A stretch of 64,000 nt of DNA from Okamejei kenojei (GCA_035221665.1 CM069148.1:26164001-26228000), one strand, 5' to 3'. Shown: positions 1-12,370, numbered from the stretch's first letter. The notes: generated from the letters alone by a model not told the origin. Numbers and translations are program-made.

Positions 1-142
1 AATTCTGATGGGACATGCAACGTGACCACTGAAGTTCGACTGGAACCTCGTGTAGAAGATATTGGCAGCAGTTTTGAATGCCGGGTGACACACAAGGCAT
101 TTCCAGAGCCATACACTGCGAAAGCTGCAGTGACTTTGAAAG
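1..142 (+). CDS. NCR3LG1: NCR3LG1/B7-H6-like gene: membrane-proximal IgC1 exon (5' part outside the window)
   Basis: Frame 1 reads NSDGTCNVTTEVRLEPRVEDIGSSFECRVTHKAFPEPYTAKAAVTLK, i.e. C1-set D-G strands (N-x-DGT-x-N, F-x-C-x-V-x-H). Phase-1 donor AAAG|GTCAGT at 143. The tail-to-tail position next to KCNJ11-ABCC8 matches human NCR3LG1; orthology rests on synteny and similarity. Confidence 0.75.
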
Positions 143-1905
143 GTCAGTTAGTTTTAGTTTTGGAGATACAGTGTGGAAACAGGCCCTTCAGCCCAATGAG
201 TCTGCTGACCAACTATTTTCCATACACTAGTTCTATCCTACATATTAGGGGCAATTTACAGAGGCCAATTAACCTACAAACTTGCATGTCTGGAATGGGG
301 GACAAAACCGGAGCACCCAGAGGAAACCCACGTTTGTACGGTCACGGGGAGAACGTACAAACTCTGTACAGACAGCACCCGTAGTCGGGATCGAACCTGG
401 GACTCTGGTGGTGTAAGACAGCAACTCTACCGCTGTGCTGTAGTGTTCTTTCTATTTTTTAATGAAAAGTTGAAATTTCAAACTTTTGGTTACGTTCAAG
501 TTGAGGGGTAGAGCCACGGAGTAATCCAGCACGAAAACAGGCCCTTCAGCCCAACTCATTCGTGCCGACTAAGACGCCCCATCTCAGCAAAGCCTTTTGC
601 CCGCGTTTGCCCTCTAACCCTTTCCTCTCCACGTACATATCCAAATGTCTCTTAAATGTTGTGATAGTACCTGCCTCAACTACCTCCTCCTGCAACTCGT
701 TCCATATACCCACCACTCTGTGTAAAAAAGGTAGTCAGGTTCTAATTAAATCTTTCCCCCCTCACCTTAAACTTGGGATCCGAAGTGACCTTTAGGATGT
801 GTGGAAAGTTGTAACGTGGGGTAGTCATACAGTTGTTCAGCAAGGAAACAGGCCATTCAGCCCAACGTCTATACCATCAAAATCCCCATCAAGTTTGTCC
901 CATTGGCCCACATTTGGTCCTTATCTCTCTGACCCTTTCCCATGCAAGTATTTGTCCAAAGATCTGCTAAATGTTATTATTATATCTGCATCAGCTACCT
1001 CCTTGTGCTGCTCATTCCATACCACCACCACCCTATGAATAAAAAAGTTGCCCCTCAGGTTCCTATTAAATCTTTCCATCTTACCTTAAACTATGTTCTC
1101 TGGTTCTTGATTTCCTACCCTGGGTAAAAGACATTCACCCTTTCAATTCCCCTCGGGATTTTATACACCGCTATAAGCTGAAGATAAAACAAGTATGATT
1201 TTTTAAAAATAGTTTGATAAAGGCTTTTTAAACTGAGTATTTTTATAGAACAATTATGCTAACCCAAACTCCTTTCTGCTAAATCTGTCCATGAACCTTT
1301 TTCTGCTAAATCTAAATACATCTGTAACTATAATTATCTTGTCAAAGTGTTGAGTATTTATAACTTCAATAACTTTTTTGATAAACAGTAAGTTTCACAT
1401 CCTAAGTAAAGAATTTTCTTCTTTTCTCTTTATTTCTTGTTACCTTTTATCAATGGTTTTTAAATTCTCCCGTGTGGAAGAAATTTCCTCTTGGTCACTT
1501 CCGAGTCTTTTCCCGAACATGTTCAGGCTTTTAAAAGTAGATGTGAGCGGTTAGTTCTGTACCATCTTCATCAGTTCATAAGTCATAGGAGCAGAATTAC
1601 GCCATTCTGCCCATTGAGTCTACTCTGCCATTCAATCAATCATGGCTGAGCTAGCGCTCAACCTCTCAACCCCATTCCATCTCAACCCAATTCAACTGCC
1701 TTCTCCCCATAACCTTTAATGTCTTTACTAATCAAGAACCTGTCAATCTCCACTTTAAAAATACCCAATGACTTGGCCTACACTGCCATCTGTGGCAATG
1801 AATTCCATAGATTTACCACCCTCTGGCTAAAGAAATTCCTCCTCATCTGTTTTCTAAAGGTACGTCTTGTAATCTTGTCATTTTTTTTGCACTTTTGTAT
1901 TACAG

Positions 1906-2022
1906 AAGCAGAAATTCATCTGTCCATAAGCTCAATAGTTGGAAGCATCATTGGAAGTGTAATTTTTTCTGTAATACTGTTAGCGGCTGGAATTTACCTG
2001 TACATGCGGCACATTTATAAAG
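1906..2022 (+). CDS. NCR3LG1: B7-H6-like gene: transmembrane exon (117 nt, phase 1-1)
   Basis: Polypyrimidine tract + TACAG acceptor ending 1905. Encodes EAEIHLSISSIVGSIIGSVIFSVILLAAGIYLYMRHIYK (hydrophobic helix followed by R/H/K). Donor AAAG|GTAATG at 2023. Confidence 0.85.
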
Positions 2023-2139
2023 GTAATGCTTATTTACTGTGGATGAATTTATAGAAAACGATTCAAAGAATCTTAAGTTATTTGGCTGGGGTACAATTAA
2101 ATCTTTTTGCCTTCATGCTAATTTTAGTTTCATGTTTTA

Positions 2140-2448
2140 AAAATTCAACGTGGAAACATACCCTTCAGCCCACCGAGTCCACGCCAACCATCGATCATCC
2201 GTTTACACTAGTTCGATGTTATCCCACTTTCTCATTCACTCCCTACACACTAGGGACAATTTACAGAGGACAAATAACCCACAAACTTGCACGTCTTTGG
2301 GATGTGGGAGGAAACCGCAGCACCTGGAGAAAACCCACGCTGTCGCAGAGAGAACGTGTAAACTCCACACATTCAGCCCCGAGGTTAGGATCGACCCCGG
2401 GGTTCTGGTGCTGTGAGGCAGCAGCTCTACACACTGCACCACTGTGCC
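2140..2448 (-). mobile_element. tRNA-derived HE1-type SINE (representative; other copies at ~147-440, 15714-16028, 18785-19052, 44260-44546, 48140-48430, 58550-58850, 61405-61716)
   Basis: A/B-box head (GGCACAGTGGTGCAG..GGGTCGATCC), conserved central domain, LINE-like 3' tail ending (CTAAA)n. Confidence 0.8.
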
Positions 2449-2960
2449 GACCTAATTGTATAATTTTCTAGTTAACCTGTGCTGCACAAACTTGAGACAA
2501 TTTTGGCATTGCCAAATTGTAAATGATTAGTCTACTAACTATAAATGATCGATGATATTGTTGGTTAAGTTTGGTCCCACATACAGTATTTAGCAGATAT
2601 TTGTTAATGATTATTTAAATTGATGTTCTTATTCCATTTCAAGTCCATTGCTCTGTGAAAGTGGTAACACAAGTAGATGGAGTGGTAACAAAGGCATAGG
2701 AGATGCTTGCCTTCACTGGTCGGGGCATGGCGTATAAGAGTCAGGATTTATAGGACTTTGGTTAGACCACATTTAGAGTATTGCATGTGATTCTGATTGC
2801 CCATTACAGTAAGGATGTGGAGGCTTAGGCAAGGGCGCAGAAAAGGTTCACCAAAATATTGCATGGATTATAGGATTTTAGCTGCAAGGAGAAATGGGAC
2901 AGACTTGGATTGTTTTCTCTAGAATCACCAGAGGATACGGGAGACTGGATAGAGGTATAT

Positions 2961-5900
2961 AAAATAGTAAGATTAAATGAGAACTTACCAGTTTGAAGTT
3001 TGATCCTTATTTTATGAGGAGTTACGATGAGGGATTTTGTGAAGACCCCGCCAGCACGCATGCGCGACATTCTTCAAAGCAGCGGTGTGAAATCAGAGAT
3101 AGTAGCACTGACTGGAGATAGTAAGATTAAGAGAAGTAATATACCAGTTGTCCTTATGATAGAGGGTTGGGAGCGGAGGGCACGAAATCCCTCATCGTAA
3201 CCTCATAAAATATGGATCAAACTTCAAACTGGTAAGTTCTCATTAAATCTTACTATTTTACTTCGGAGTCACGTGAGTGACTTCGTGAAGAATTCAAAGC
3301 TCTGTGGTTTCATGCCCTGGACCACGTCCATGCTCACACACTGCCGTAATAGCTGATGGAGGAAGTATGTTAACGTATTTCAGATTTGAAACAGAGCTGA
3401 AAAACAATAATGTATTTATTAATACAAACAAAAACCCCTGACTTCGGGGAACGTTTAGGGAACAGAACTTAAAACGCGGGAGCGCTCACAGGTTTATTAT
3501 AAAACCGTTGAAATGTGCCTTCATTGGCCCAGCCCGCTGTTGCGAGGACATGATCCATGGGTACCTCCATGGTCCTCGCCACTGATGTGGACGCAGCCCT
3601 GGTAGAATGAGATTTGAAAATATCAGTGTCTACCCCTGCTGCACCCAACACCACCCTGAGCCACCTGGAAATAGTCTGCACAGTTACCCTGTAATGTGGG
3701 CGTTTAAAACTGATGAATAGACCTGTTTCCATTCTCCTTATATTTTGGGTGACATTAATATAATGTCGGAGATGGGTGGCTATACAGAGGCGTATATCAA
3801 TGGGATATGCATGGAATTAAAATTTAAGATCGGTTGTTCCATGTCTATGGTGTTTAAGTAATTCATCAATGAAAAAGGTTACCTTGGTGGGGGTCGAGAC
3901 CATCCTGTCCAGTTTTAGTTTGTGGAGGGTCTGGACCCGCTGAGCTGTAATAAGTGCCATAAGCATCACCACTTTGTAGGTGAGTTTTGCCAGTGGGAGT
4001 TCCGAAACTGGTGACCAGCTCCTGAGTAGGGACAACACTACCCCAATATCCCAGGTCATATTGTATCGTGGTCTTGGAGGGTTAGAATGGAAAATACCCC
4101 TCATGAGTTTCGACACCAACTGATGGGATCCTACTCCGATAGTGAGGTAGGACGATAATGCGCTTCTAGCACTATTGATGGCACTATAGCTGAGGCCCTC
4201 ATCATAGTGAAGGCCCGTGAGGAATTCCAGCACATCTGTGATGGTGGCAGAGTCGTAGGTGATATTAGTCCTGGAACCGAAGGCCTCTCATTTCCTTACA
4301 TGGGTAAGGTATTGCTTCCTTGTAGGCCATGACTATATGGTTTTGTCTTCATAGAGACGCCAACACTGGTTTTAATATTTTAGTAAATAACCTGGGGGCT
4401 GTTGTAAGTCCATTAGGCAATGCTTTATACTGCCACAGCTGCCCCATCCAGACAAATTTTAAATATCTGCGTATAGGTACTGAATAGTATGCATCTTTTA
4501 GATCGATGCAGGCCATGACGTACCCTCTGGAAATCAGTTGCTTGGCAGTTTCAAATGTTTCCATCATGAAATGGGTTTGTTGCACAAAAGTATTCAATTG
4601 AGTTAAATCAATTATGATACGACATCCACCATCTTTTTTGGTTTTGGTAAAGATGTTAGATACAAATTCAAGAGGTTCATGTACTGTTTTCTCTATTACC
4701 CCCTTGGTATATAACCTTAATAGATCTGCATGTCCTTCCACTTTCTCTTTTGTGAGAAAGTACAAATTTCCGGCTAGGTACATGTTGAGCTGGGGGAAGT
4801 TGTCTGTTTATAAATTCAATTTCATAACCTTGAATACTGTGCAATATAAAGGGGTCAGAAGTTATGGAACTCCATGCATCCTCAAACAGACACAATCTAC
4901 CTCCCACTTGTGAGGTTATGCATGCAGCATTCCAAAGGGAACCAGACCCCCTTACCTCCATGGTTACCGGTGGGGCTTGGTCTCCTGTCCTTTGTACTTG
5001 GGTTGTTGTGGTGCTGTGGTGTGGGGTTGACGCATTTTCCATGCTGGTTGCTGTGGGCCTTGGCCTAAAAAAGACCTCTGATGATAAGGCGCGACCTTTC
5101 GGTTTGCACCCGTCACTCTATCGGGTTGAACCCGGAGCCTGTTAGATGTTGCATATGGATGCTACCGACGATATGCTGGAGGTCTGCCAGAGGAAGGCGG
5201 TTTTATCAAGCCTACCGCTTTAGCTTCCTCGTCTAGGTCTTTCACCTGTTTGGGCAGGTCATGACCAAACAACTGTCTTGGTGGTGGCGTAACGTTGGCC
5301 TTACATAAACCCACAAATTTGGGGTTGATTGTAGGACAGATAGAGCTTTTCCGGAAGCAATTGATCTCATATTGCGTATTACAGAGCAGGGCTAATGCAT
5401 CCGGCTGCTCTTCCGTCATGTCCATACCGTCGACTGACCTGGCAAACGCAGTGATGCCTGAGATCAGTAGTTTTAGGATTTTTTGAATTTTTAATTCCTG
5501 TGCCCTTTTCCCAGGGCTAATGTTCCCCCATATGGGTGTGTTCACGGTAGGGACATTCAGCAACACACAATTTTCCGGGGCCATGTACTTGCTTGTGGTC
5601 TCCGAAATTACTTGTTCCTGTAATTGGTGTGTTGTCAGGTAGCTTATGCTTGCCGCTAGCCTTGGCTGAAGAGGTTGCCCTTTCTGGGATGGTTGAGCGA
5701 ACTTAGACACCATCCCCAGAAGTTCCTCTTCTTGCATCCCTTGCAACTGTGGGTCTTCAGTCAACCCCTCTTCGAAGTCAGCTAATCCTTGACTTCTTGC
5801 GCTCCCTACTGAGGAGGGAGAGATGTTGGACAGTCCTGGTAATGGGCCTGTCGTGGACCTGCGTGATCCTTGGGACGCATGCTCCTGCTGGAGTAGGTCT

Positions 5901-7939
5901 CTCTGGAGTAGCTGCTCCATCATCCGCTCCGTATCAGCAATGCGACCGCCGTCGCTATCTGCGAACGGCAAGTCGTCTTCCCCAGATTCTGATGAATCTA
6001 TGGGGCTCTTACCGCCAGTCCGCACCTCGTCGAGGTGATGTCAATGGGACTGATACGGTAGATAGTCGGTGCTCGCCGCTCCAGCTGAGCTACACGACTC
6101 CCGCGTGGATCTGCCACTTGTCTGCGGTCTTTCGGACTGAAGCGGTGGAGAGTCGGTGCCCGCCGCTCTTGCGGGGCTACACGAATTCCTGGTAGATCCT
6201 TGTGTGTGGTTTTGCCATCGGTCCGCAATCTAGCGAACTGAAGTGGTGGAGAGTCGGTGCCTGCCGCTCCAACGGGGCTACACGACTTTTGTGCGGTTTT
6301 GCCACCGGTCCACCCTCTAGCGAACTGATGCGGTGGAGAGTTGAGGTGTGCCGTTAAACCGGACCCTGCCTTCCGCACTTTTTTGCCGCTGGTCCGCCTT
6401 CATACAGACTGAAGCGGTGGGGAGTCGGGGTCTTGGCTACCCAGCTCCCGCGCGGTCCTACCGCCAGTATGCAGCTCCCTGGACTGCTGCGGTGGAGAGT
6501 CGGGTCCTGCCGACTGATCGGGGCTCCCCGACTTCTGCGCTGTTTTCCCGGCCCGAGGTACGGGTGCTGCCGGCTCTACGGTCAGCTCCGGGGATGTTGG
6601 CCGCCGACCTCGCTCTGAAGTCCCGCGGTCTTGAAAGGCATGCTTGGACGCGGCCTTCTTTTTACTTCTTCTCTCCATCATGAAGTTTCTGTAGGGATTT
6701 AATCAACAGAAAACTAACCCTCAAGGTAGCAATGTTACAAAATTTTGAGATTTTAAAAATCAAGTCTGCAATTTATCGCATCAGATAAAGCATAAAAAGA
6801 AGTTTAATTTGACACCTAATTCACTTTCATATCATCAGTATTAAAAAGGTTATGGCCATTTTCATACTCGGAAATTAGCATCTTGTTCCCCATTGCCTTT
6901 CCATTGACTTAACTCAAAAGCTGTGATCTAGAACAGTCAAAAGCCCATAACTTTCTTAAAAATTAAGAGAACTGAATGAAATTTTCAGTTATTATAGATT
7001 GAAGCATTCTGAAACAAATATGAAACAATCTTACTTGGATGACCTGAAATTAAAGCATATAATTAGTTAGTTATCTAATTGTAGCTAATTACAAAATTCA
7101 ATTACTAGATCTAAACATCTATCCATTTCTTAAGAAAAGATAAACTTTTTAAATTGCCTAAGTGTCCAAATAACATTCACACAATAATCTACAATATAAC
7201 ATGATTTTAAAATCTCATTTTCATGAATTTATAGGCCAAATGGAAGGAATTTAGTGTTTAATGCCTGTAAATTAATGGCCATTTAAATCAACTAGAGAGT
7301 GGGTTTTAGTGGAACGCGGTGGATTGGAACATTGTGGTTTGCGGTGAATTTAACCCACAGTCGGTATGAAAAATACAGCCAGTTCATACATTTTTTTTGT
7401 CCCCTTTTCGCAACATGAAAATTTGATTAAATGCTTCCTAAGAACCACGTTTTTCTGTAAAAATAAACTGTGTACCTTCTTTTATCGCCTACGTTAGGTC
7501 CATTCTGCTGGTGGCGTTCAGAGCTTTAGAAGATGATTTTTAAACTAGTTAATAAATAAACTAGTTAATAAATAATCTAGCGTAGTTTAAAAATAGCTTC
7601 ATGAATGAAATGTCGGAGCGATTTCTCTTTAGCGACGAAATCCCCCGACATGGATCGATTTGGACTGTCTAGGGAAAAACGGCATTTTAAACCCGCCCCC
7701 CTCTGAAAGGCGCCAAAGCCGCGCACACGGGGAGTGGCAGAACAGCAGCGCCGCTAAAGGTAGGTATTGTAACATACCTACTCGAGGTTAGTAAAAACTT
7801 ACCTGAAGGGTCCTTTTAAGCTGCCGGCAGAGGAGCTGCGCTCCCCCCCAGCTTGTCGAATGCAATGCGAGCGATGATATGTCGCGCATGCGTGCTGGCG
7901 GGGTCTTCACAAAGTCACTCACATGACTCCGAAGTAAAA
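2961..7939 (-). mobile_element. DIRS1-type tyrosine-recombinase retrotransposon, copy A (degenerate, internal pol deletion)
   Basis: Contains gag (6681 to ~4964), RT (VGGRL, IDLKDAYY, LPNGLTTAPRLFTK; 4349-5042) and YR (SHSTRAAS, AGW..TFQRFY; 3469-4233). ITR ~3038-3070 is complementary to ~7879-7911; the internal complementary region ~3186-3290 is complementary to both termini. Confidence 0.92.
6727..7780. mobile_element. Non-autonomous TIR DNA transposon inside DIRS copy A
   Basis: TIRs TAGCAATGTTACAA / TTGTAACATACCTA; flanks CTCAAGG / CTCGAGG; homologous to 28516-29995. Confidence 0.8.
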
Positions 7940-8422
7940 TGATAGAAAGGATAGACAGTTGGAACCTTTTTCCCTGGATGGAAATGTCAGAGACTAGAGG
8001 GCAGAGATTTAAGGTGAAAGGGGCAAAGTTTTAAATATATGTGCGGGGCCAGTTTATTTTACACAGTTTATTATGGGTACCTGGAACCTGCTGCCAGGGA
8101 TGGTGGTGGAGGCAGAAACAATAATTTTAATTTTAGAGATTTTTAGATAGGCACATAGACATGCAGTGAACGGAGGGACATGGATCATGTGCAAGCAGAG
8201 GAGATTAGTTTAACAACATTATGATGGGCACAGACTTTGTGGGTCAAAGGGCCTGTTCCTGTGCTATGCTGTTCTATGACTATAAGTATTGGTTTAATTT
8301 GATATTCATCACTCAGAAATGCTGATACCTCTATAAGAATTAATATCCTCCATGCACTTAGTGCCATGAAATTGTAGGTGCAGTTTGATACAAATGTTTG
8401 TATTCATTAAACATTTTCTTCT

Positions 8423-9461
8423 AACTTCAGAATGGCAGGCAGTGACTAGTAGGGTACCGCAAGGCTCGGTGCTGGGACCGCAGCTATTTACAATATACAT
8501 CAATGATTTGGATGAAGGGAATCAAAGTAACATTAGCAAATTTGCAGATGACACAAAGCTGGGTGGCAGTGTGAACTGTGAGCAGGATGCTATGAGTATG
8601 CAGGGTGACTTGGACAGGTTGGGGGAGTGGGCAGATGCGTGGCAGATGAAGTTTAATGTGGATAACCTTGTGAGGTTATCCACTTTGGTATCAAAAACAG
8701 GACAGCAGATTACTATCTAAATGGCGTCAAGTTGGGTAAACGGGAAGTACAACAGGATCTGGGGATCCTTGTTCATCAGTCTATGAAAGTAAGCATGCAG
8801 GTACAGCAGGCAGTGAAGAAAGCGAATGGCATGTCGGCCTTTATAGCAAGAGGTGTCGAGTATAGGAGTAAAGAGGTCCTTCTGCAGTTGAACAGGGCCA
8901 TAGTGAGGCCACACCTGGAGTATTGTGTGCAGTTTTGGTCCCCTAATTTGAGGAAGGACATTCTTGCTATTGAGGGAGTGCAGCGTAGGTTCACAAGGTT
9001 AATTCCCGGGATGGCGGGACTGTCATATGCTGAGAGAATGGAGAGGCTGGGCTTGTACACTCTGGAGTTTAGAAGGATGAGAGGGAATCTTATTGAAACA
9101 TATAAGATTGTTAAGGGTTTGGACACGCGAGAGGCAGGAAACATGTTGGGGGAATCCAGAACCAGGGGCCACAGTTTAAGAATAAGGGATAAGCCATTTA
9201 GAACGGAGACGAGGAAACACTTTTTCGCACAGAGAGTTGTGAGTCTGTGGAATTCTCTGCCTCAGAGGGCGGTGGAGGCCGGTTCTCTGGATACTTTCAA
9301 GAGAGAGCTAGATAGGGCTCTAGTGGAGTCAGGGGATATGGGGAGAAGGCAGGAACGGGGTACTGATTGAGGATGATCAGCCATGATCACATTGAATGAC
9401 GGTACTGGCTCGAAAGGCCGAATGGCCTACTCCTGCACCTATTGTCTATTGTGTATTGTCT
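8423..9461 (+). mobile_element. 5'-truncated CR1-clade LINE (RT C-terminal half and 3'UTR)
   Basis: VPQGSVLGPQLFTIYINDL, SKFADDTKLGG, RPHLEYCVQFWSP, RTRGHSL; (CTATTGT)n tail. Confidence 0.92.
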
Positions 9462-10197
9462 AACGCATGACAGTTGTGAATTTTAACATTAGAGCAGTTC
9501 ACTTACCTTTGATCTAATTCAATATCCTTATAGGTCTGAAGTTATCTGTTAATAATGAAGACAATGTTAGACTAATCTAGATGGCAGACCTGAAATGGAA
9601 ATTAAATAAAATAAGAGGATTTCACAATTAAATCTGAGCCTTCACTACATAGAACATATAACAGTACAGGAACAGGCCGTTCAGCACATAATGCCCGTAC
9701 AAAACAAGATGTCAGGTTAAGCTACTCTCCTTTGCTTGCGTTTGAGCCATAATCCCTTCACTAAGACTTCATCATTCGAACTGATAGGAATTTTCAGGAA
9801 AAGGCAAAGCTAATCTGCACAAATGCACTGAGTCTTTGGCCCAGAGTAGGGAAATTGAGAAACATGAGGACATAGTATGGAGGTGAGGGGGGAAAGATTT
9901 AATAGGGACCTGAGGGGCAACATTTTTGCACAGAGGGTGGTAGGTGTATGGAATGAACTGCCGGAGAAGGTAGTTGAAGCAGGTATTACGACAATGTTTA
10001 AGAAACATTTAGACTGGCACATGGCTAGGATAGGTTTAGAAGGATATGGGCCAAACGCAGGCAGGTGGAACTAGTGTAGATGAGGCATGTTGATTGGCAT
10101 GGGCAAGTTGGGCCGAAGGGCCAGTTTCCACGCTGACTATGACTATAATTGGAATAATCCATCTTTAAATTTCTAATTTTCTTTCATTTATTCTCAG

Positions 10198-10611
10198 TTC
10201 CACCCAATGTATGTGATTTTCAGATGCCTGCTCGATTTATCCATCAACAACCTGCAGAGATTACCTGCCACGTGTCTGGATTCCGGCCTGCAGTCATTTC
10301 TGTTGGCTGGTATTTGAAGAGAAGGAATGATGCTGAGGAGACCTTTATTGGTGAAAGCAAAGGGGAACAGTGGACTATATGGTTTGGCAAAGCAAAGGAG
10401 CTAACAGAAATGGGAAAGAAGAATGCAACTGACGTTAATTGGAAAGTCAGACAAAGTCGTTTTGTCGTACATGATGATGGAACACAGAGCTTTTCCAGCA
10501 CTCTTGAGATTTATCCTGACTTAATGGAGGACAATAAAGCAGAAATCAGATGTAGAGTGTCGTATCCAACTGGAACTCAGGAGAAACGCACCTGTTTACA
10601 AGTTGATGGAA
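10198..10611 (+). CDS. NCR3LG1: B7-H6-like gene: post-TM IgC1 exon 1
   Basis: Acceptor TTCTCAG|; VPPNV..ITCHVSGFRPAVISVGWY..HDDGTQSFSSTL..IRCRVSY; phase-1 donor A|GTAAGC. Overlaps ORF 10224-10697. Confidence 0.8.
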
Positions 10612-11909
10612 GTAAGCATTTTACAGATATGAAGTCATTGCGTAGAAAAAAGGAACTGCAGATGCTGTTTACAAACAAAAAGGACATAAAGTACTAGACT
10701 AACTCAGTGGGCTGGGCAGTATTTCTGATGTTTAGAGTATGGACCCTTCTTCCATCAGGAAGCTTTCTGACCCAAAACGAATGAAGGAGTGTCCCGACCT
10801 GAAACGTTTCCTACCCATTTTGGAAAAAGGGTCCTGGCCAGAAAGATTGGAAGGGTTCCATCCTGAAACAACACCTATCCTTGGCTGAAGAAGGGTTCTG
10901 TCCCGAAATCTTTTTCATCGATGTTCTCCAAAGATGCTGCCTGACCCGCTGAGTTACTCCAGCACTTTGTCTCCTTTTGTTTTAAGTCAGTGTCGGGAGA
11001 CTACAGTATTGCAGACTCTTCTTCAATTTATCCAAGTTGTGGATCACCCATATGGTTTCTTGATTCATTAATTTCTGATTGTATGTCCTAGAATTTACAG
11101 TCTTTTAATTTATAAAACGGAGGTCCTTTACTTGTCACAGAGTTTGTGATTATTCACTGTGAACAGCAAACTATGCAAAAAACCGTTGGAAAATGCTACT
11201 TTCACAGTTAAAGTGATGCATCATTGAGTTATGTAATAGTTCTGCATTATTTGCCTTCGTCTTATAGATGGTTTGGTTTTAAGTATATCCACTGCAATAA
11301 GATAATTTATTTAAAAGCTTTCTTTAGGGGCAATTGTAGCTAATAGTTACTGGTATGGGATCAAAGATGTGGGACTAAAAGATGTGACTAAGAAAAACAG
11401 AAGGCACCTTCAGTTTAAAAAGTTCAGTATTTAAAAATGCACCTGGGACCACGTCTGTAGTGTCTGGAGGACTGGGGAGGAATTGTAGCAGTGAACTAGA
11501 AAGGATTTGTGGACTGGGAATCCCCTTGAAAAATAGTTGTTGGGACACTGAGATTAATAGATTTTTGTTAGGATATTTACATGGATGGCATCTTTTACAA
11601 TTTTTGGGAAACTCCACAGCATTTTTCAGACAGGGAAAAACTTTTGAGATTTAGTTATAAAGTTGGAAACAGTTTATGGCAAGAAGGTACATTAATGGAG
11701 ATATGATATAATCAAAGCCAAAAATTGGTTGAATGTTGGGATTTCCTTGTTTGCTGAATGGTGAATCTTATGCCCAAATTCCTGACAGCCTTTGATAAGA
11801 TTATCTTTCACTAAATTTGCCTTGAAACAGCACCATGGAGTCTGAAATTTACTGCAAGTGAATGAGAAATTACAGCATGAGTATGGGAAGCAAATGGGAT
11901 AGGGAGTAG

Positions 11910-12370
11910 ATAGGTTTAGGCTTATTGTCGGGTGTACCGAGGTACAGCGAACAGCTTTGTTTTGCATGCTGTCCAATCAGTTCATATAATACTGCACATA
12001 AATACAATCAATTCACACTCAAGTACAATAGGTAGAGCAAAGGGGAAGATACAGAGTGCAGAATATAGTTCTCGGCATTGTAGCGCATCTGTTCCATAGA
12101 CAAAGTCCAATGTCCGCTATAGAGTAGAGTTGAATCGGACAGTATCCTTGCTTGTGGAAGAACCATTCTGAAGCCTGATAACAGAGGGGTAGAAGCTGTT
12201 CCTGAGTCTGGTGGTGTGTGCTTTCAAGCATCTGTACCTTAAGAAGAAGGAATGACCTGCATGGGACAAGTCTTTGATTATGTCAGCTGCTTTCCTGAGT
12301 CAGCATGAAGTGCAGATGGAGACACTGGTGGGTAATCTGGTTTGTGTGATGGACTGGGCTGCATCTACAG
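11910..12370 (-). mobile_element. Rex1/Babar-like LINE 3' fragment
   Basis: The - strand encodes RYRCLKAHTTRLRNSFYPSVIRLLN followed by a 3'UTR; a related piece lies at ~22280-22430. Confidence 0.6.

Larger units (their letters stand above)
2646..8280 (+). mobile_element. Old CR1 3' fragment split by DIRS copy A (pieces ~2646-2965 and ~7940-8280)
   Basis: Degenerate RPHLEYC-type coding sequence continues across the DIRS ends at a shared TAAAAT. Confidence 0.65.
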
